Shown here: in pieces, positions 12,621 through 24,270 of the stretch
How the letters are laid out: each line of letters opens with the position of its first letter
Position numbering within the stretch: position 1 is the first letter of the stretch
NCBI GenBank assembly: GCA_003427395.1
Contig: BFEA01000034.1
Location: 3,351,655-3,403,774 of the forward strand
DNA from: Chara braunii
Taxonomy: Eukaryota; Plantae; Charophyceae
DNA length: 52,120 bases
Direction of reading: 5' to 3'
Program-made: the position numbers and the translations under genes
Notes under the pieces: model-generated
What the model was told of the DNA's origin: nothing
Database searches by the model: none
The model's input: the letters and a program-made list of their open reading frames with translations, nothing else

Positions 12621-13353
12621 CTAGACATTTAACTTAGAAACAATGTCTAGCATGCCTTAGATTATACACGAACATGTTGCACAACTACTCCTCTCTTCAA
12701 TGCGCATGTGACTAAGCCATTTGACTTACAAACCCTACTTAGTCGCCTTGAACTATTTAATATCCAAGTTTACTAATTCTCTAACTTGTCTTCAAAATAT
12801 GGGAATTGGACTGAGCTATTCAACTTAGAAACAATGCTCAGCTTGCCCAAGCTACTTTCAATTATACTCTTTATTTTTTTTCCTTCTTTTTAATAATATA
12901 CCTTAACGTTGAAGTATTCGACTTGGAAACAATGTCCAACTGTCTGTTCACATGCAATTATAAATAATATATTTGATGATATCTCTGATTATACTCGTTT
13001 ATATTTTGTGAGTGGTTTCAGGTTAAACCATTCAGGTTGGAAACGATGTTTATCCCTACGTAAAAAATCCTCCTTTGAAATGAAACAAAAAACTGAACCA
13101 TTCGACTTGGAAACAATATCCAACGTATCCTAAGTCACTCAAAGCATGAAGTTGAATCAACCCAACTTCAGTCAAAACCCCCCAAAGAAGTAGATAGATA
13201 AAGTCATTCAACTTAGAAACAATGCTTGATCTTGAAAATCAATCAAGCAAACCCACTAAAAATAAACGCAATAACCATACCGTTAAATTTATAAACAATG
13301 TGAAATAAACAATAAACATAGCACTGAATGATTCAACTTAGAAACAATGCTCA
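12621..13353 (-). repeat. Array of ~8 hairpins with a different conserved loop (LTR-C)
   Basis: Plus-strand motif CATTCRACTTRGAAACAAT recurs every ~70-125 bp, closed by CTAGAC/GTCTAG, GACTAAG/CTTAGTC, TGAGC/GCTCA, TAAAC/GTTTA. Syntenic with 7100-7970. Confidence 0.8.
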
Positions 13354-14837
13354 ACCTTGAATACTCGGTTCATCCCTTAGCCTGTTTTCAGTGAAAATGA
13401 AAAGAAACTGAATTTTATGCATGCGTTTTTTCTATTTAATTTGATTAAGTTCTAAAAACAATAACATAATTCATAGGGGAACACAAACATATATCTCGGT
13501 CAAACTAGAGATATGTAATCATAAGGGTATAGTGAGTTTACACAGCAAGAAGAAGGTATACCTAATAGTTATTTGCCTCCGTAACCTCGCCCATGTTTCG
13601 ACAGAGCTCCCGCAATCAGTGGGGCAAACCTCCCACAGAGGCTTTGACATGGATGGTTGCAATCCTGCCTGCCGCCTTCCTCTTCAAACCAAAAGACTAG
13701 ACTGATAGTAAGAAGGACAGAGAAAGAAGGATTAAGTCTCTCAGACCCAAAAACGATGCGCTCAGACTCAAGTGAGAAGGCCTTGAAACCTTGAAGCACC
13801 GGAGGACCCCGCAATGGTAGCCAAAAATCATAATAAAATGGTGAAACCGAAGTCGAGATATAGAGCAACTGCCAATGACAGTCCTCCCTATCGCAGCAGT
13901 AACCCCCCTTTACGACGCCTTGTCATTCCCTCAAGTCACACATCTTTTGCCTCTTACTAAACTGCAACAACGCAGCCTAAAAGGGTTGCGTTAGAATAAA
14001 GCACGCCCCCTATGTTCTATCCGAACTACATGTGAAGTGCAGTATTATGCGGCAATCAAAGCATTGCACAACAACAAGGCGCAGCGCAATGCACAGTGTG
14101 AGCACAACACATACACAATGAATGCACGATAAGTGCACAACAAGTGAGCAGCAAAAGCACTCTGTGAGCCAGCGTGCACAGCAAACGAGCATTGTCCGTG
14201 CAACAAATGCATGAATACAATGCAAACACACAACACTCATCGTATAGCGGCGATACACCACGCGACAGGGAACACCGAAGAAGGGTGGAACATGAGATGA
14301 GATGCCAAAATGTTGCAAGTCTGCCTTACAGATCGCAGGTAACCTTCCCTCCAGGAACCACCGCTATTGCCAAAAAGAGAGCGGCCTACACAACCCAACT
14401 TAGTCCGCAATATCCACTCCCCCGATTTGGCTGTGAACAACACCCGCTCACTCTACCCCCTGAGACTGTGAGATCAACACACTCTTCAAACAGTGTCGTG
14501 TAGTTACCGATCTGTCGGCGAGATGATAGACTTCCAGGTTGCAAGTCGCAATGAAAGCCAGATTTTCGACCGATGTTTGGAAAAATGCACGGACATGACA
14601 CTGATGGAGAGCCAAGGCAAAAACTCTGTTATCGGAGAGCGCTTATACTCGCTACCACGACAATACGAACACAACTCTCTCTCTCCTTTTCGATGCCCCT
14701 CCTTCACCGAATCTGGTCGCGACCGAGCCAGATGTGGGCAACTCAAGATAAGCTCGAACCAACCTTTTCCAATAAATAGATCGCCTCTTGAAGTTGGGAT
14801 ATGCTGCACATTTTAGCTCTAGAATTACCACAATTAT

Positions 14838-14901
14838 GTCCAGTTGCTCAGTGGTTAGAGCACCGGTTGGAAATGCGCATTGTGGTATGAGGTTGCGGGT
14901 T
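14838..14901 (+). promoter_or_regulatory. Degenerate tRNA-like sequence in LTR-C
   Basis: TTGCTCAGTGGTTAGAGCA (intact D-arm GCTC/GAGC) ... GAGGTTGCGGGTT; T-loop incomplete. Confidence 0.4.
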
Positions 14902-15119
14902 ATTACAGACATTGTCTGCGCACCACCCAAGGGGTAGTCCATGGTTGTTGTATGTGGGGATTGGGTGATGGTGGGTATCCTGATGTCCTTGGTCTACGGG
15001 GTTGTCATCAGACTGCTAGCCCAGCAGAGCACAGCTACAGAATATTTCACAGTGTAGGTCAATAGGATAAGTTACTTGCACAATTCACATAAGGTCCTGT
15101 GTTCCATACCAAACTGTAT

Positions 15120-15730
15120 CTTAGGGCTGGTCATCCTCTTAGTACGTGGTAAAAGGATTGAGGCTGGCATAGCAGTTCCTTAGTACGGGTTGTCAGGAGT
15201 GTCACGAGATAGTGCATTTTATTGCAGGGCCGGAACGGGCTCCAGGGACATACGAGGGAACAGAGGATTGCCTGCTCTCATATTTACCATACAACACAAG
15301 GCTAAGAGACTATCCAGGGTCAATACATACAGTACATGATTCACGATTGAGGGTGGGCTATCCACCTAGTACGTACCTTAGAGTTAAGGCTGGCATAGCA
15401 GTCCTTAGTACGGACGTCGGGGGTGTCAGGAGATATTGCACCTTACCGAGGGGTCGGAACGGGCTTCAGGGATATACGAGGGAACGGAGGATCCCCATCT
15501 CTCTACCATCAACATCATAGTACACTTAGTAAAAAGACAACATAAGGATAAAGAAAGAAACTCAGTCCATAACTCATGACCTACGGTTGGCTATCCTCCT
15601 AGTACGTAGCATAGGGTTGAGGCTGACATAGCAGTTCCTTAGTATGGGATGTCGAGGGTGTCATGGCCGAAACGGGCTCCAGGGACATACAAGGGAACAG
15701 AGGATACCCAGCTCTCTATCATCACCACAC
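15120..15730. repeat. Tandem repeat, ~230-bp unit x3
   Basis: TAGTACGT...GGCTGGCATAGCAGTTCCTTAGTACGG...GTGTCA...GGCTCCAGGGACATACGAGGGAAC recurs at ~15125, 15355, 15588. Confidence 0.85.
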
Positions 15731-17518
15731 AACTAAGCTAGATGGGAGTCACTGTGCGCCCTCCTGTAGTAGCATGTTCAAACCTAGCTCTCAAAGTCCC
15801 CGTGCAATCAGGCTTGCACGACGTCTGTTTCAACCAGGGCTGAGCAGGGGGTAGGCATCTCTGCTTAGCCCCGGTACCTGCAACCGCTGTCTGGTCAGGT
15901 CACCCCGCCAAGATGGCAATGGGTGATGGTCCTGGGTGGTTAACACTAGGGTAGGACAGGCGGGGTGGGGGTTCACCAGGGCAAAACGATAAGAGGAAGG
16001 GTGGGTGGGGTTTTCAGAGGGGTCCATCTGGACAACCGAGTGGGCGAGTACTGTGGATGACTGCCATCCGTCTAGTATCCCACCTCTACAACAAGCCAGG
16101 CTTTAAAAAAAAAAAAAAAAAAAAAAAAACCACAATTATCCGAGTGGTAAGAACACCACTACACAAATGATAACTAATTTAATGAGTCTTCTCAGTTCCA
16201 CAGTAAAGCATGTTCACACTTAGACGAGATTGGCTCTTCGAAACAAGGAGTGGTCACTGTTCGGGCCAGATGGTCGGTGGATATAATGAGTTGTCGCAAC
16301 AAGCGGTGATGGAAGGGCATGTAGCCATATCAGGCCGATCAGCCTACCAAGAGAACGTCAAACAACCATGGGGCGTGAGATGAAATATCCAGACGCCGAA
16401 AAGTTTTGCTACTTTGGATTTGCAGGTGAACTCTCTCTCTCTCTCTCGGGGTAAAAATAAACGATAGCAAAATGACAAAAATCTCGAGTGCAAGTTCACA
16501 TTGGAGGCCAGAAAGTGCAACGCTGCTAAAAAAAAAAGAGATAGAAAAACTCTGATACTCTTCCTGCTAGAGAACTGAAGTATTGAGTTTGTTGTCAATG
16601 AGAGCATGTTCTTGCCACCACCAACATACGTATCCAAAACTCTTCCTCTTACTTGGCACTTTGTGCCCAGACTACTACTACACAACTACTAGCAGCGTAC
16701 ACATTGGCAATGCACTCCCTTGACGTTCTCAGCAACAATCGAAATGCATGAAGATGTCGACCTCGTCGACCAGCATCAAGACCAGGTACCTGCCCTCACA
16801 CCATTATCCTCATCTCTCTTACTCTCTGATGGGCGGCCTCACACTAAGTCGCTCCTAGCAGATCGTGGTTGATGGGCGATGCTCCCACTGCGGTGCCGTC
16901 CTTGTGAAACCCCCCATCTGACAATGCCTTTCGCTTGGATTGGACAGGCCACAAGGGCCCGCATCTTGGATCGAGACGCCGGGGTTAAGCCCCGGCTCAA
17001 TAACATCAATAGTAGCGGGATTTCACCTGTGTTGTAAAGCTCCCACCAGTGAGGTCATAACGTAGGTTTGAATTTCAACAGGTGGTGGGCCTGTCAAACT
17101 GAGCTAGGCCAGCAAGTGCTAGTCCCACGGGCCTGATCACACCCAAAACTCTCATTGCATATTACGAGTTGGCGGACGGTACATACATAATCGGGCCCCA
17201 TCATTCAACTTTTTTTCCGCCCTGTGTGCTAAGCACCCAACAGGGTCACCAAAAAGAGTCGCGTGCTCAAGGTCCTCGACCACTGTGACGACTTTCCGTG
17301 GGCATTCAGACACCCCTCACTACCATGTCGGCGACAGCAATCGACGCCGACAGGGTTCTTACATCCAGATCAAAAGGGTAACGACCTTGAGATATCATCT
17401 TGCGTCGAACGACCATCATCGTGATACAGACTTGGATCTGTATTTCAAAAGTCCATCGATATAGCCATTGAGCTAGGCCCGATGCCAGTCTCGGAGCCGA
17501 TCACCGAACAATAGTTAG

Positions 17519-17588
<70 letters not shown>

Positions 17589-17841
17589 TAAAAAAATAAA
17601 AATGGTCAAGCAAAAAGATAGAGGGAAGAGGAGATCGCGTGTTCCGGCCTACGACGCCGTGCACACTTGGGCTTCAGTAGGCTGCCCTTCGTCCCCGTCA
17701 CACTGCACATACCGCTCACTCGGGCAAGGAGTGTGACTTTCTCTCGCACGAGCATTGTCAACTATGGACAAGGCCGCACCGACATGACTTACAAAAAAAA
17801 CACGCCAAATACACTTGTAAGGGTATCTGGTACGACAACGA

Positions 17842-17923
17842 GAACACTCTCCATGACAAATCCGGCAAAATCCTACGTTACGAGGCCGAGAGGGTCACCT
17901 TTGCGGGACCGATGCGCTCGACA
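17842..17923 (+). repeat. Distal end of 5' LTR-A
   Basis: Aligns with 44827-44908; ends CCGATGCGCTCGACA. Confidence 0.85.
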
Positions 17924-17925
17924 GG

Positions 17926-17945
17926 TTACGTCGTTGTCGGGGATC
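17926..17945 (+). promoter_or_regulatory. Decayed tRNA-Asp PBS
   Basis: TTACGTCGTTGTCGGGGATC, 14/18 match to TGGCGCCGTTGCCGGGGA, 2 nt after LTR end. Confidence 0.8.
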
Positions 17946-18413
17946 TCGACTGCCTACCGGGGTCCTTAGTGAACTAGCCTACGTTAGAAGCAAGTTGATG
18001 ATCCAGGCAGAACGAGAACTTTTATTGGTTATGATAGATAGATGAGGGATGATTGGTATGTTGATGGTTGTGATAGGATCATACTATTGAAATGCAGTGT
18101 GTGGTAGGAACGCCTGTGTACTTTGGTAGTTAGTAGTGACAACTCCAGTAAGAAATTTGCGGACCGAAATACCATAGAGTAATTCAGACGACGCTAAGCG
18201 TATCTAATGCCTTGGATTGATCGTCGCTTGCATTACTGCAACGCTGCGTGTTCGGTTACCCGAGCAAGGACCTTAGGTACTTGAACACAACTGCTAAGCT
18301 ACCTAAGTTGTCATAACAGTGTCATTGTGTGCATGCCTTATAATTTGTATAAAGATTCCTTCTCATAGACCCTTGGTAGAATGACTTTTTATAAACGACT
18401 ACCAGAGTCCTAA

Positions 18414-20520
18414 ATGGTGTCAATTAGAGTAAAAAGTAGTAAGAGAGTTAGCAAAGAGGTTTGTGTGAAGGGTTACTTTGGGTTGTATTTTCAGGGAAAA
18501 ACCAAGGCAATGAAGAAGGGGGACGCAGATGGAAGTCTGTCGCAAGGAGGGCTTGCGAATCGGGTCATATCGGTTGATGTGCTGGTGAGAGTTGAGAAAA
18601 CGGGCAAGGTAAGATCCCAGCTACCGAAAGTTGATATCTTCTACTTTAAGGGAGAAAGACTATCAGAATGGTTGTCTTTGCCACTGCCTTCGAAAATATG
18701 GTAAGGAAAGTGTCAGGTATGGCAGAAGAAGAGCAGTGTGTCATGTTCTTAGGGCACTTCTTGCAGACAGAGGTAGCAACCCTGACCGCAAAGGGGGCAG
18801 TTGGCCAAAAACTGACATGGACGACGATAAAGGATAGTGTGGCAGTCAGATAGTTAGACCAAGTTTACCTTTTCCAAATAAGACAATAAAGCGAGAGAGG
18901 CTACAGTCGGCGGAGGGTCGGACGTTAGAAAAATAATAGAGGAAATAGTGACCTGGTTGGCATCCATGCGAGAGGCTAGCACCCGAAAGAAAGTAATGGC
19001 TATGGCTCATATAAGAGGGAAGAGAAAAAAAAGTTGTAAGGGAGGCGCCGGAAGAAGAAGAAGATGAAGAGGAAGAAGAGTCTGAACCTCAAAGATTGAC
19101 GAAGGCCCAGCGAAGGGCTAAGAACTTAACGCAAGGGGGTCAAAACTCAGGAAGAGGGCAGTGTCTGCAGGCAATAGAGGTAGCACCGCCCGAATCAGGG
19201 GACCAAGTGGGTAAAGTTGGGCCATCACAAATTGGCCACCCGTCACACGGGTCGTGGCTGCAATATGAGCCGCCAGGGCATTGGCCTGGGTTTAACCCGT
19301 ATGCATCATGGTCGATCAAGTCGACCAATCTGGTGGTTGTGAATAAGGCCAAGGTTGGGGAAGAGGCAGAGGGAATGGAGGGCATGAAATGGAGGTCGTG
19401 GAGGAAATGGGAGTGGAAATGCGAGAGGAAATAATGGCGGAAATGGAGAAGATTGGAACACAGTGGGAGATAAAGGGGTTCAGGAAGGTGGTCAGGGATA
19501 CAGAAGAGGAAGGCAAGACTAGAGGAATGCCATTTGTAGGTGTTGTGCGCCAAAAGGGCACACCATGAAATTCTTCCATGTTAGGAAAATTGACGAAAGG
19601 ATGGTTTAATAAGTACGAACATCGATGAGGATGTCTATGATAAATTAGAGAACTATATTGATTCGAGTATTGCAGGATGAACAAGGCAGAAAACTTTGAG
19701 GCGTGAAAATTCGCCAAGTGCCCCGACGCCCCCCGCAATATTTCCATATTTGGCAAGAAAAAAAAATTGTCCTTGATGTGAGAGTGAAAAAACTCGAAGA
19801 AGGAGAAGTGGTGGATCAAAGACTAAGGCAGGTATTGCGCTGGAGGGGCCGATAATAATCGACTCAGATGGGAAAGATGATGGAAGTAATCACATACCTG
19901 TGATGAGGACTCTGGAAAGGATGGAGGATTTAGTGGGGAAAATAAGAAGGTATCAGGAGAAGATGAGGAGGATATGTTAGGAAGTGAGAGAGTGGAGGGC
20001 AAGGACTCCGATGATTTTCCTTTACGAGTCAGAACCAGAAAGGTTAGGGGAATAGGCAAGTGTCACTGGAGTCAATGTCTTGGGCCCAGGGCCGCGTTCA
20101 GGAATGACATTTAGACCCCCTTCTAGGCAAGGGAGAGTGCCTCAGGCGGTGTAAACGAGAAGTAGAGGTCGGGCGAGCTCTAGCCAACCAATGCCCGAAG
20201 AGACTGAACCCAACCATGAGAAAAAAAACTTTGGATGTCCTTGATGATGATGAGGAGGAGGAGGAAGATGATAGAATACGTGAGGAAGAGGATAGGTGTG
20301 CGGAGCATAGGGTAAAAGAAGAGGCATTAGGGTCAATGAGAATCCTACTCAACAAAGCCAGGTATTGAAAAAGAGGAAATATATGGTTAGAATGGAGGAA
20401 GACTTTGATGTAGAAATGATGGTGGAAAAGCTCATGGAAGATCATAACGAGCTCCTCAACTTGAAGAATATCCTCAGGTCGGCCCCAAAGTTGCGTAATG
20501 AGCTGAAAACATGTCTTTCT
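18414..20520 (+). pseudogene. gag: Gag remnant with frameshifts and stops
   Basis: Lies between PBS and protease. Fragments such as LPKVDIFYFKGERLSEWL; decayed zinc knuckle CRCCAPKGHTMKFF at ~19535-19576. Confidence 0.65.
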
Positions 20521-20526
20521 TGAAAA

Positions 20527-20958
20527 TTGGTAGCTAGCGTATGCCTGAGTACTTTGATTCCAAAGGAAGTTGAGTGGGCTAAGACCGGTACAAAAATGGA
20601 TTGGAAGTCCACCGTCATGGGCTCCGTGGAGGTAACAATCAAAGAGAGGCCTTGTATTATCATGATTGACACATGGACGAAAATAGAACTCATCAAGGAA
20701 AAGCATGTCATACGGTTAGGTCTGGAGATCGGTCGTGCGGACAGTGGGATACTTATGGGAGCCAACAACAAAGTGATTTTTATAGGCACTGCTTCAAATA
20801 TGGTCGTGGAAATCGAAATGGTAAAAGTAAGGAGTTGTTTCTTCATAATGTCGGATCTCGACCACCACATGATCCTTGTCCGATCCTTCCTCGGTAGAAC
20901 AAAGTCCCTCATAAGAAGCATAATGGAACCATGTTCCTCATACTTTGCGATTCCGTAG
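20527..20958 (+). pseudogene. pol: Retroelement aspartic protease remnant
   Basis: IMIDTW (decayed DTG catalytic motif) and MILVRSFL (decayed ILGRxFL) at the expected spacing. Confidence 0.8.
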
Positions 20959-21786
20959 GCGGCAACCATGAAGTGGTGGTTTGTAAGAATACGGGATCGC
21001 GTTGTGTGAAAAACAAACCTGATCCTGACTCATTCACTATTGAGGAGTCAGAAGAGGAAAGGAAAATGATAAAATGGAAATAGGTTGAGGTGGAGAAGCC
21101 GCCAAAGGCCTTATCCCTCAATCTCACCAATATGAGTGAGACGATGGAGATGGCGTCCACATTCGGAACGACAGACCTTGATGCAATAAAGACATTGAGA
21201 GAGAAGGTCATGAAAAGTTCAGTGGAAGACGAGGTGAAGTTCGTTTGTCGACTGTCTGGGCGAGTACAAGAGCAAGCCGCACCCCAGACCCAAACTGCAA
21301 GCCGACTTTGTTTAGGGGCGGGCTCAAGCAGGGCTCGCAAAGGCGGTACAAGAGAATAGGTTAGAAGTGTCACCCCATCCCCATTCTTGTAACTGAAGAA
21401 AAGGATACATACTATAAGCGGGAAAGGGAATTAATACGACAGATGAGGGAAAAAGTCAAAGAAAGACCATGTATTAGCGAAGAGAATGAATTGAGTTTGG
21501 TTATGGGAAAGTCGAGGTTCCTCAGCAAGGAGGAGGAAGTTTTAATGATAAAAGCTATAAAACACCAGCAGCCGTGAGGCCGCGGTTATAATCGCGGCGA
21601 CCACGGTCTGTCGCGGCCCGCAGCGGCCGAGGGAAAAGGGGGTTGGGGGTGTGGGTTTCAGACTGGGGTTCCGAAACCCCGACCCTAACCCCTCGAATAA
21701 AAAAAAATAAAAATAATAATTTTCGGGGGGGCCTTCTTGGTGTGTGAAAAAAAAAAAAAAAAAAATCTTGATTGTTTAATTGTTAT

Positions 21787-21814
21787 TTGATTGATTGATT
21801 GATTGGTTGGTTGG

Positions 21815-21845
<31 letters not shown>

Positions 21846-21857
21846 ATTGATTGATTA

Positions 21858-21891
<34 letters not shown>

Positions 21892-21919
21892 GGGGGAGGT
21901 CCTCCCTACCCTCCCCCTG

Positions 21920-21960
<41 letters not shown>
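21787..21960. repeat. (TTGA)n and (CA)n microsatellites
   Basis: TTGA/TTGG run 21787-21888; CA run 21921-21960. Confidence 0.95.
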
Positions 21961-22600
21961 NNNNNNNNNNNNNNNNNNNNNNNNNNNNNNNNNNNNNNNN
22001 NNNNNNNNNNNNNNNNNNNNNNNNNNNNNNNNNNNNNNNNNNNNNNNNNNNNNNNNNNNNNNNNNNNNNNNNNNNNNNNNNNNNNNNNNNNNNNNNNNNN
22101 NNNNNNNNNNNNNNNNNNNNNNNNNNNNNNNNNNNNNNNNNNNNNNNNNNNNNNNNNNNNNNNNNNNNNNNNNNNNNNNNNNNNNNNNNNNNNNNNNNNN
22201 NNNNNNNNNNNNNNNNNNNNNNNNNNNNNNNNNNNNNNNNNNNNNNNNNNNNNNNNNNNNNNNNNNNNNNNNNNNNNNNNNNNNNNNNNNNNNNNNNNNN
22301 NNNNNNNNNNNNNNNNNNNNNNNNNNNNNNNNNNNNNNNNNNNNNNNNNNNNNNNNNNNNNNNNNNNNNNNNNNNNNNNNNNNNNNNNNNNNNNNNNNNN
22401 NNNNNNNNNNNNNNNNNNNNNNNNNNNNNNNNNNNNNNNNNNNNNNNNNNNNNNNNNNNNNNNNNNNNNNNNNNNNNNNNNNNNNNNNNNNNNNNNNNNN
22501 NNNNNNNNNNNNNNNNNNNNNNNNNNNNNNNNNNNNNNNNNNNNNNNNNNNNNNNNNNNNNNNNNNNNNNNNNNNNNNNNNNNNNNNNNNNNNNNNNNNN
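21961..22600. other. Assembly gap (640 N)
   Basis: Run of N. Confidence 1.
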
Positions 22601-23016
22601 ATATATATTTATTTTTTTTTTTTTCGTTTTTTATTTTTTTTTCCTTCTAGTAAATGTCACAAAAGATTATTAAAAATCATAGGCGTGTAGAACTTTTTTT
22701 TATCTACACGTTTTGTTTTTTTTTCCGCCTATTTTTAGGCCCCCAAAAAATTCTCGGAGTTTCATGCCCGCACTCGGTTGCGGGCGGTCGACCGGAGTGG
22801 GCGGGATCCCGACCGCGGGCGGTAAAATGGCCCGCGGATGTGACCGCGGGTGATACATAGGATAAAGTTATAAAAGAAAGACATACTGCCTATGCGTTTA
22901 ATGACGGATGCCTCGATGTGGACAAGATTCTCAATATTAGGATTCATAATGTGCCGCATTAACCCTGGAATCTGTGAGGGGCAAGGTACAAAAATCCTGA
23001 GGACGAGAGAAGGGTA

Positions 23017-23790
23017 TTGAACTATCTAGATGGGAAAATTCGTTCTCACATCGCAAACTATTCCAGTGAGTCATATGCCTCGCCATGGTTTTGCTTCATC
23101 AAGTCAAACGGGACCCTGAGATGGGTACAAGACCTACAACGATTGAATGCGGTGACAGTGAGAGATGCATATGGTTTGCCTAATGCAGATGCAATTCCAT
23201 AGTCATGTGTGGGTAAAGCTATAATTTCACTTATAAACCTATATTCTGGATAGGACAAATTTCCCGTATATCCACCAAACTGGCCTATGATTATCATGCA
23301 TACATCTAGGGGGTTAGTTCACATGAATGTTGCCCCTCAAGGATGGACAAACGCAGTTGTCATGGTGCAGAGGCACATGGTACGAGTGATGCAGACAGTC
23401 AACCCTCACATTACTGAGCCATATATCGATGATTTGACTGTGAAGAAAAGGACGAGTCAGAGGCGATGCCTGGAGTAAGGAAATTTGTATGGGGCCACAT
23501 TCAGGATGTTTGTAAAGTCCTAGGCTTATTGGAAGAGCACAACCTCACCGCTAGTGAGCCAAAATCTAAGCACTGCATGCGAAAAACTACGATTTTTTTG
23601 TTTGTTTGGGACGAGAGGGGTCGTCGCCTGTACATTAGGAAGACAAACAAGATTCTTGAGTGACCAAATTCATTTGGAACGGTTACCGAAGTAAGAGGCT
23701 TCCTGGCTACGTGCGGGTTTTGAAGAGCCTTTATCAAGGAGTTTGCGGCAAAGACAAAACAACTACAGAAACTCGTCCGTCAGGATCAAG
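23017..23790 (+). pseudogene. pol: Ty3/Gypsy reverse transcriptase remnant
   Basis: YASPWFCFIKSNGTLRWVQDLQRLNAVT, APQGWTNA, PYIDDL (YxDD); several stops and frameshifts. Confidence 0.95.
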
Positions 23791-23819
23791 AGTGGAATTG
23801 GGGAGAAAAACAGGGGGCA

Positions 23820-24270
23820 ATGGTGAAAGAAATAAAGAGTGAGTTTGAGGATGGGGGCCTGGTATTGGGAGTTCTAGATTATACAGCCACCATGACTAGA
23901 CCAGTTATCGTAGAGACGGATGTTGGTCCTATTGCTCTGCGGGAAGTCCTTATTCAGAAAGATCGCAGGGCAGAGGAGAAACCATTAAGATTTGAGAGTC
24001 GCACTCTTAACACTACAGAAAAACATTTTTTGCAGTTTAAGTGTGAGACATTGGCAATCCTCCACTGCGTACACATCTTTAGGAATTATCTTTTCGGGAG
24101 AAGGTTTGTACTAAGGGTGGACAGGACTGCTTTTACTGGCTCTGTTAAGAATTACACACCTTTGGATCCGACCATTGTCAGATGACTTCCGTACATTTTG
24201 GATGTTTGATTTTCAATTGGAGCGTATACCAGAGAGCAAGAATAAAGCGAATGGACTAGATCGGATCAAT
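23820..24270 (+). pseudogene. pol: RNase H remnant
   Basis: VETDVG...LIQKD...PLRFESRTLN...ETLAILH...YLFGRRFVLRVD...KNKANGL. Confidence 0.92.

Larger units (their letters stand above)
10205..17837 (-). mobile_element. Solo LTR (LTR-C, 7.6 kb) inserted in reverse into LTR-A
   Basis: Minus strand begins TGTCGTACCAGATACCCTTACAAG and ends ...TACGCTCGACA. 10205-14040 is a diverged reverse complement of LTR-A 6400-10204. Flanks ATGG/ACGA correspond to a single ACGG in LTR-B. No PBS or coding domains. Confidence 0.85.
21555..22860. mobile_element. MITE-like insertion in pol, spanning the assembly gap
   Basis: Host reads LMIK|VIKERHTAYAFND across it. Duplication GATAAAAG/GATAAAG; ends CTAT...ATAG; CCGCGG-rich subterminal regions on both sides. 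Confidence 0.6.

Noticed and set aside
21879-22690. Long ORFs of 255-267 aa
   Set aside because: Artefacts of the N gap and microsatellites.
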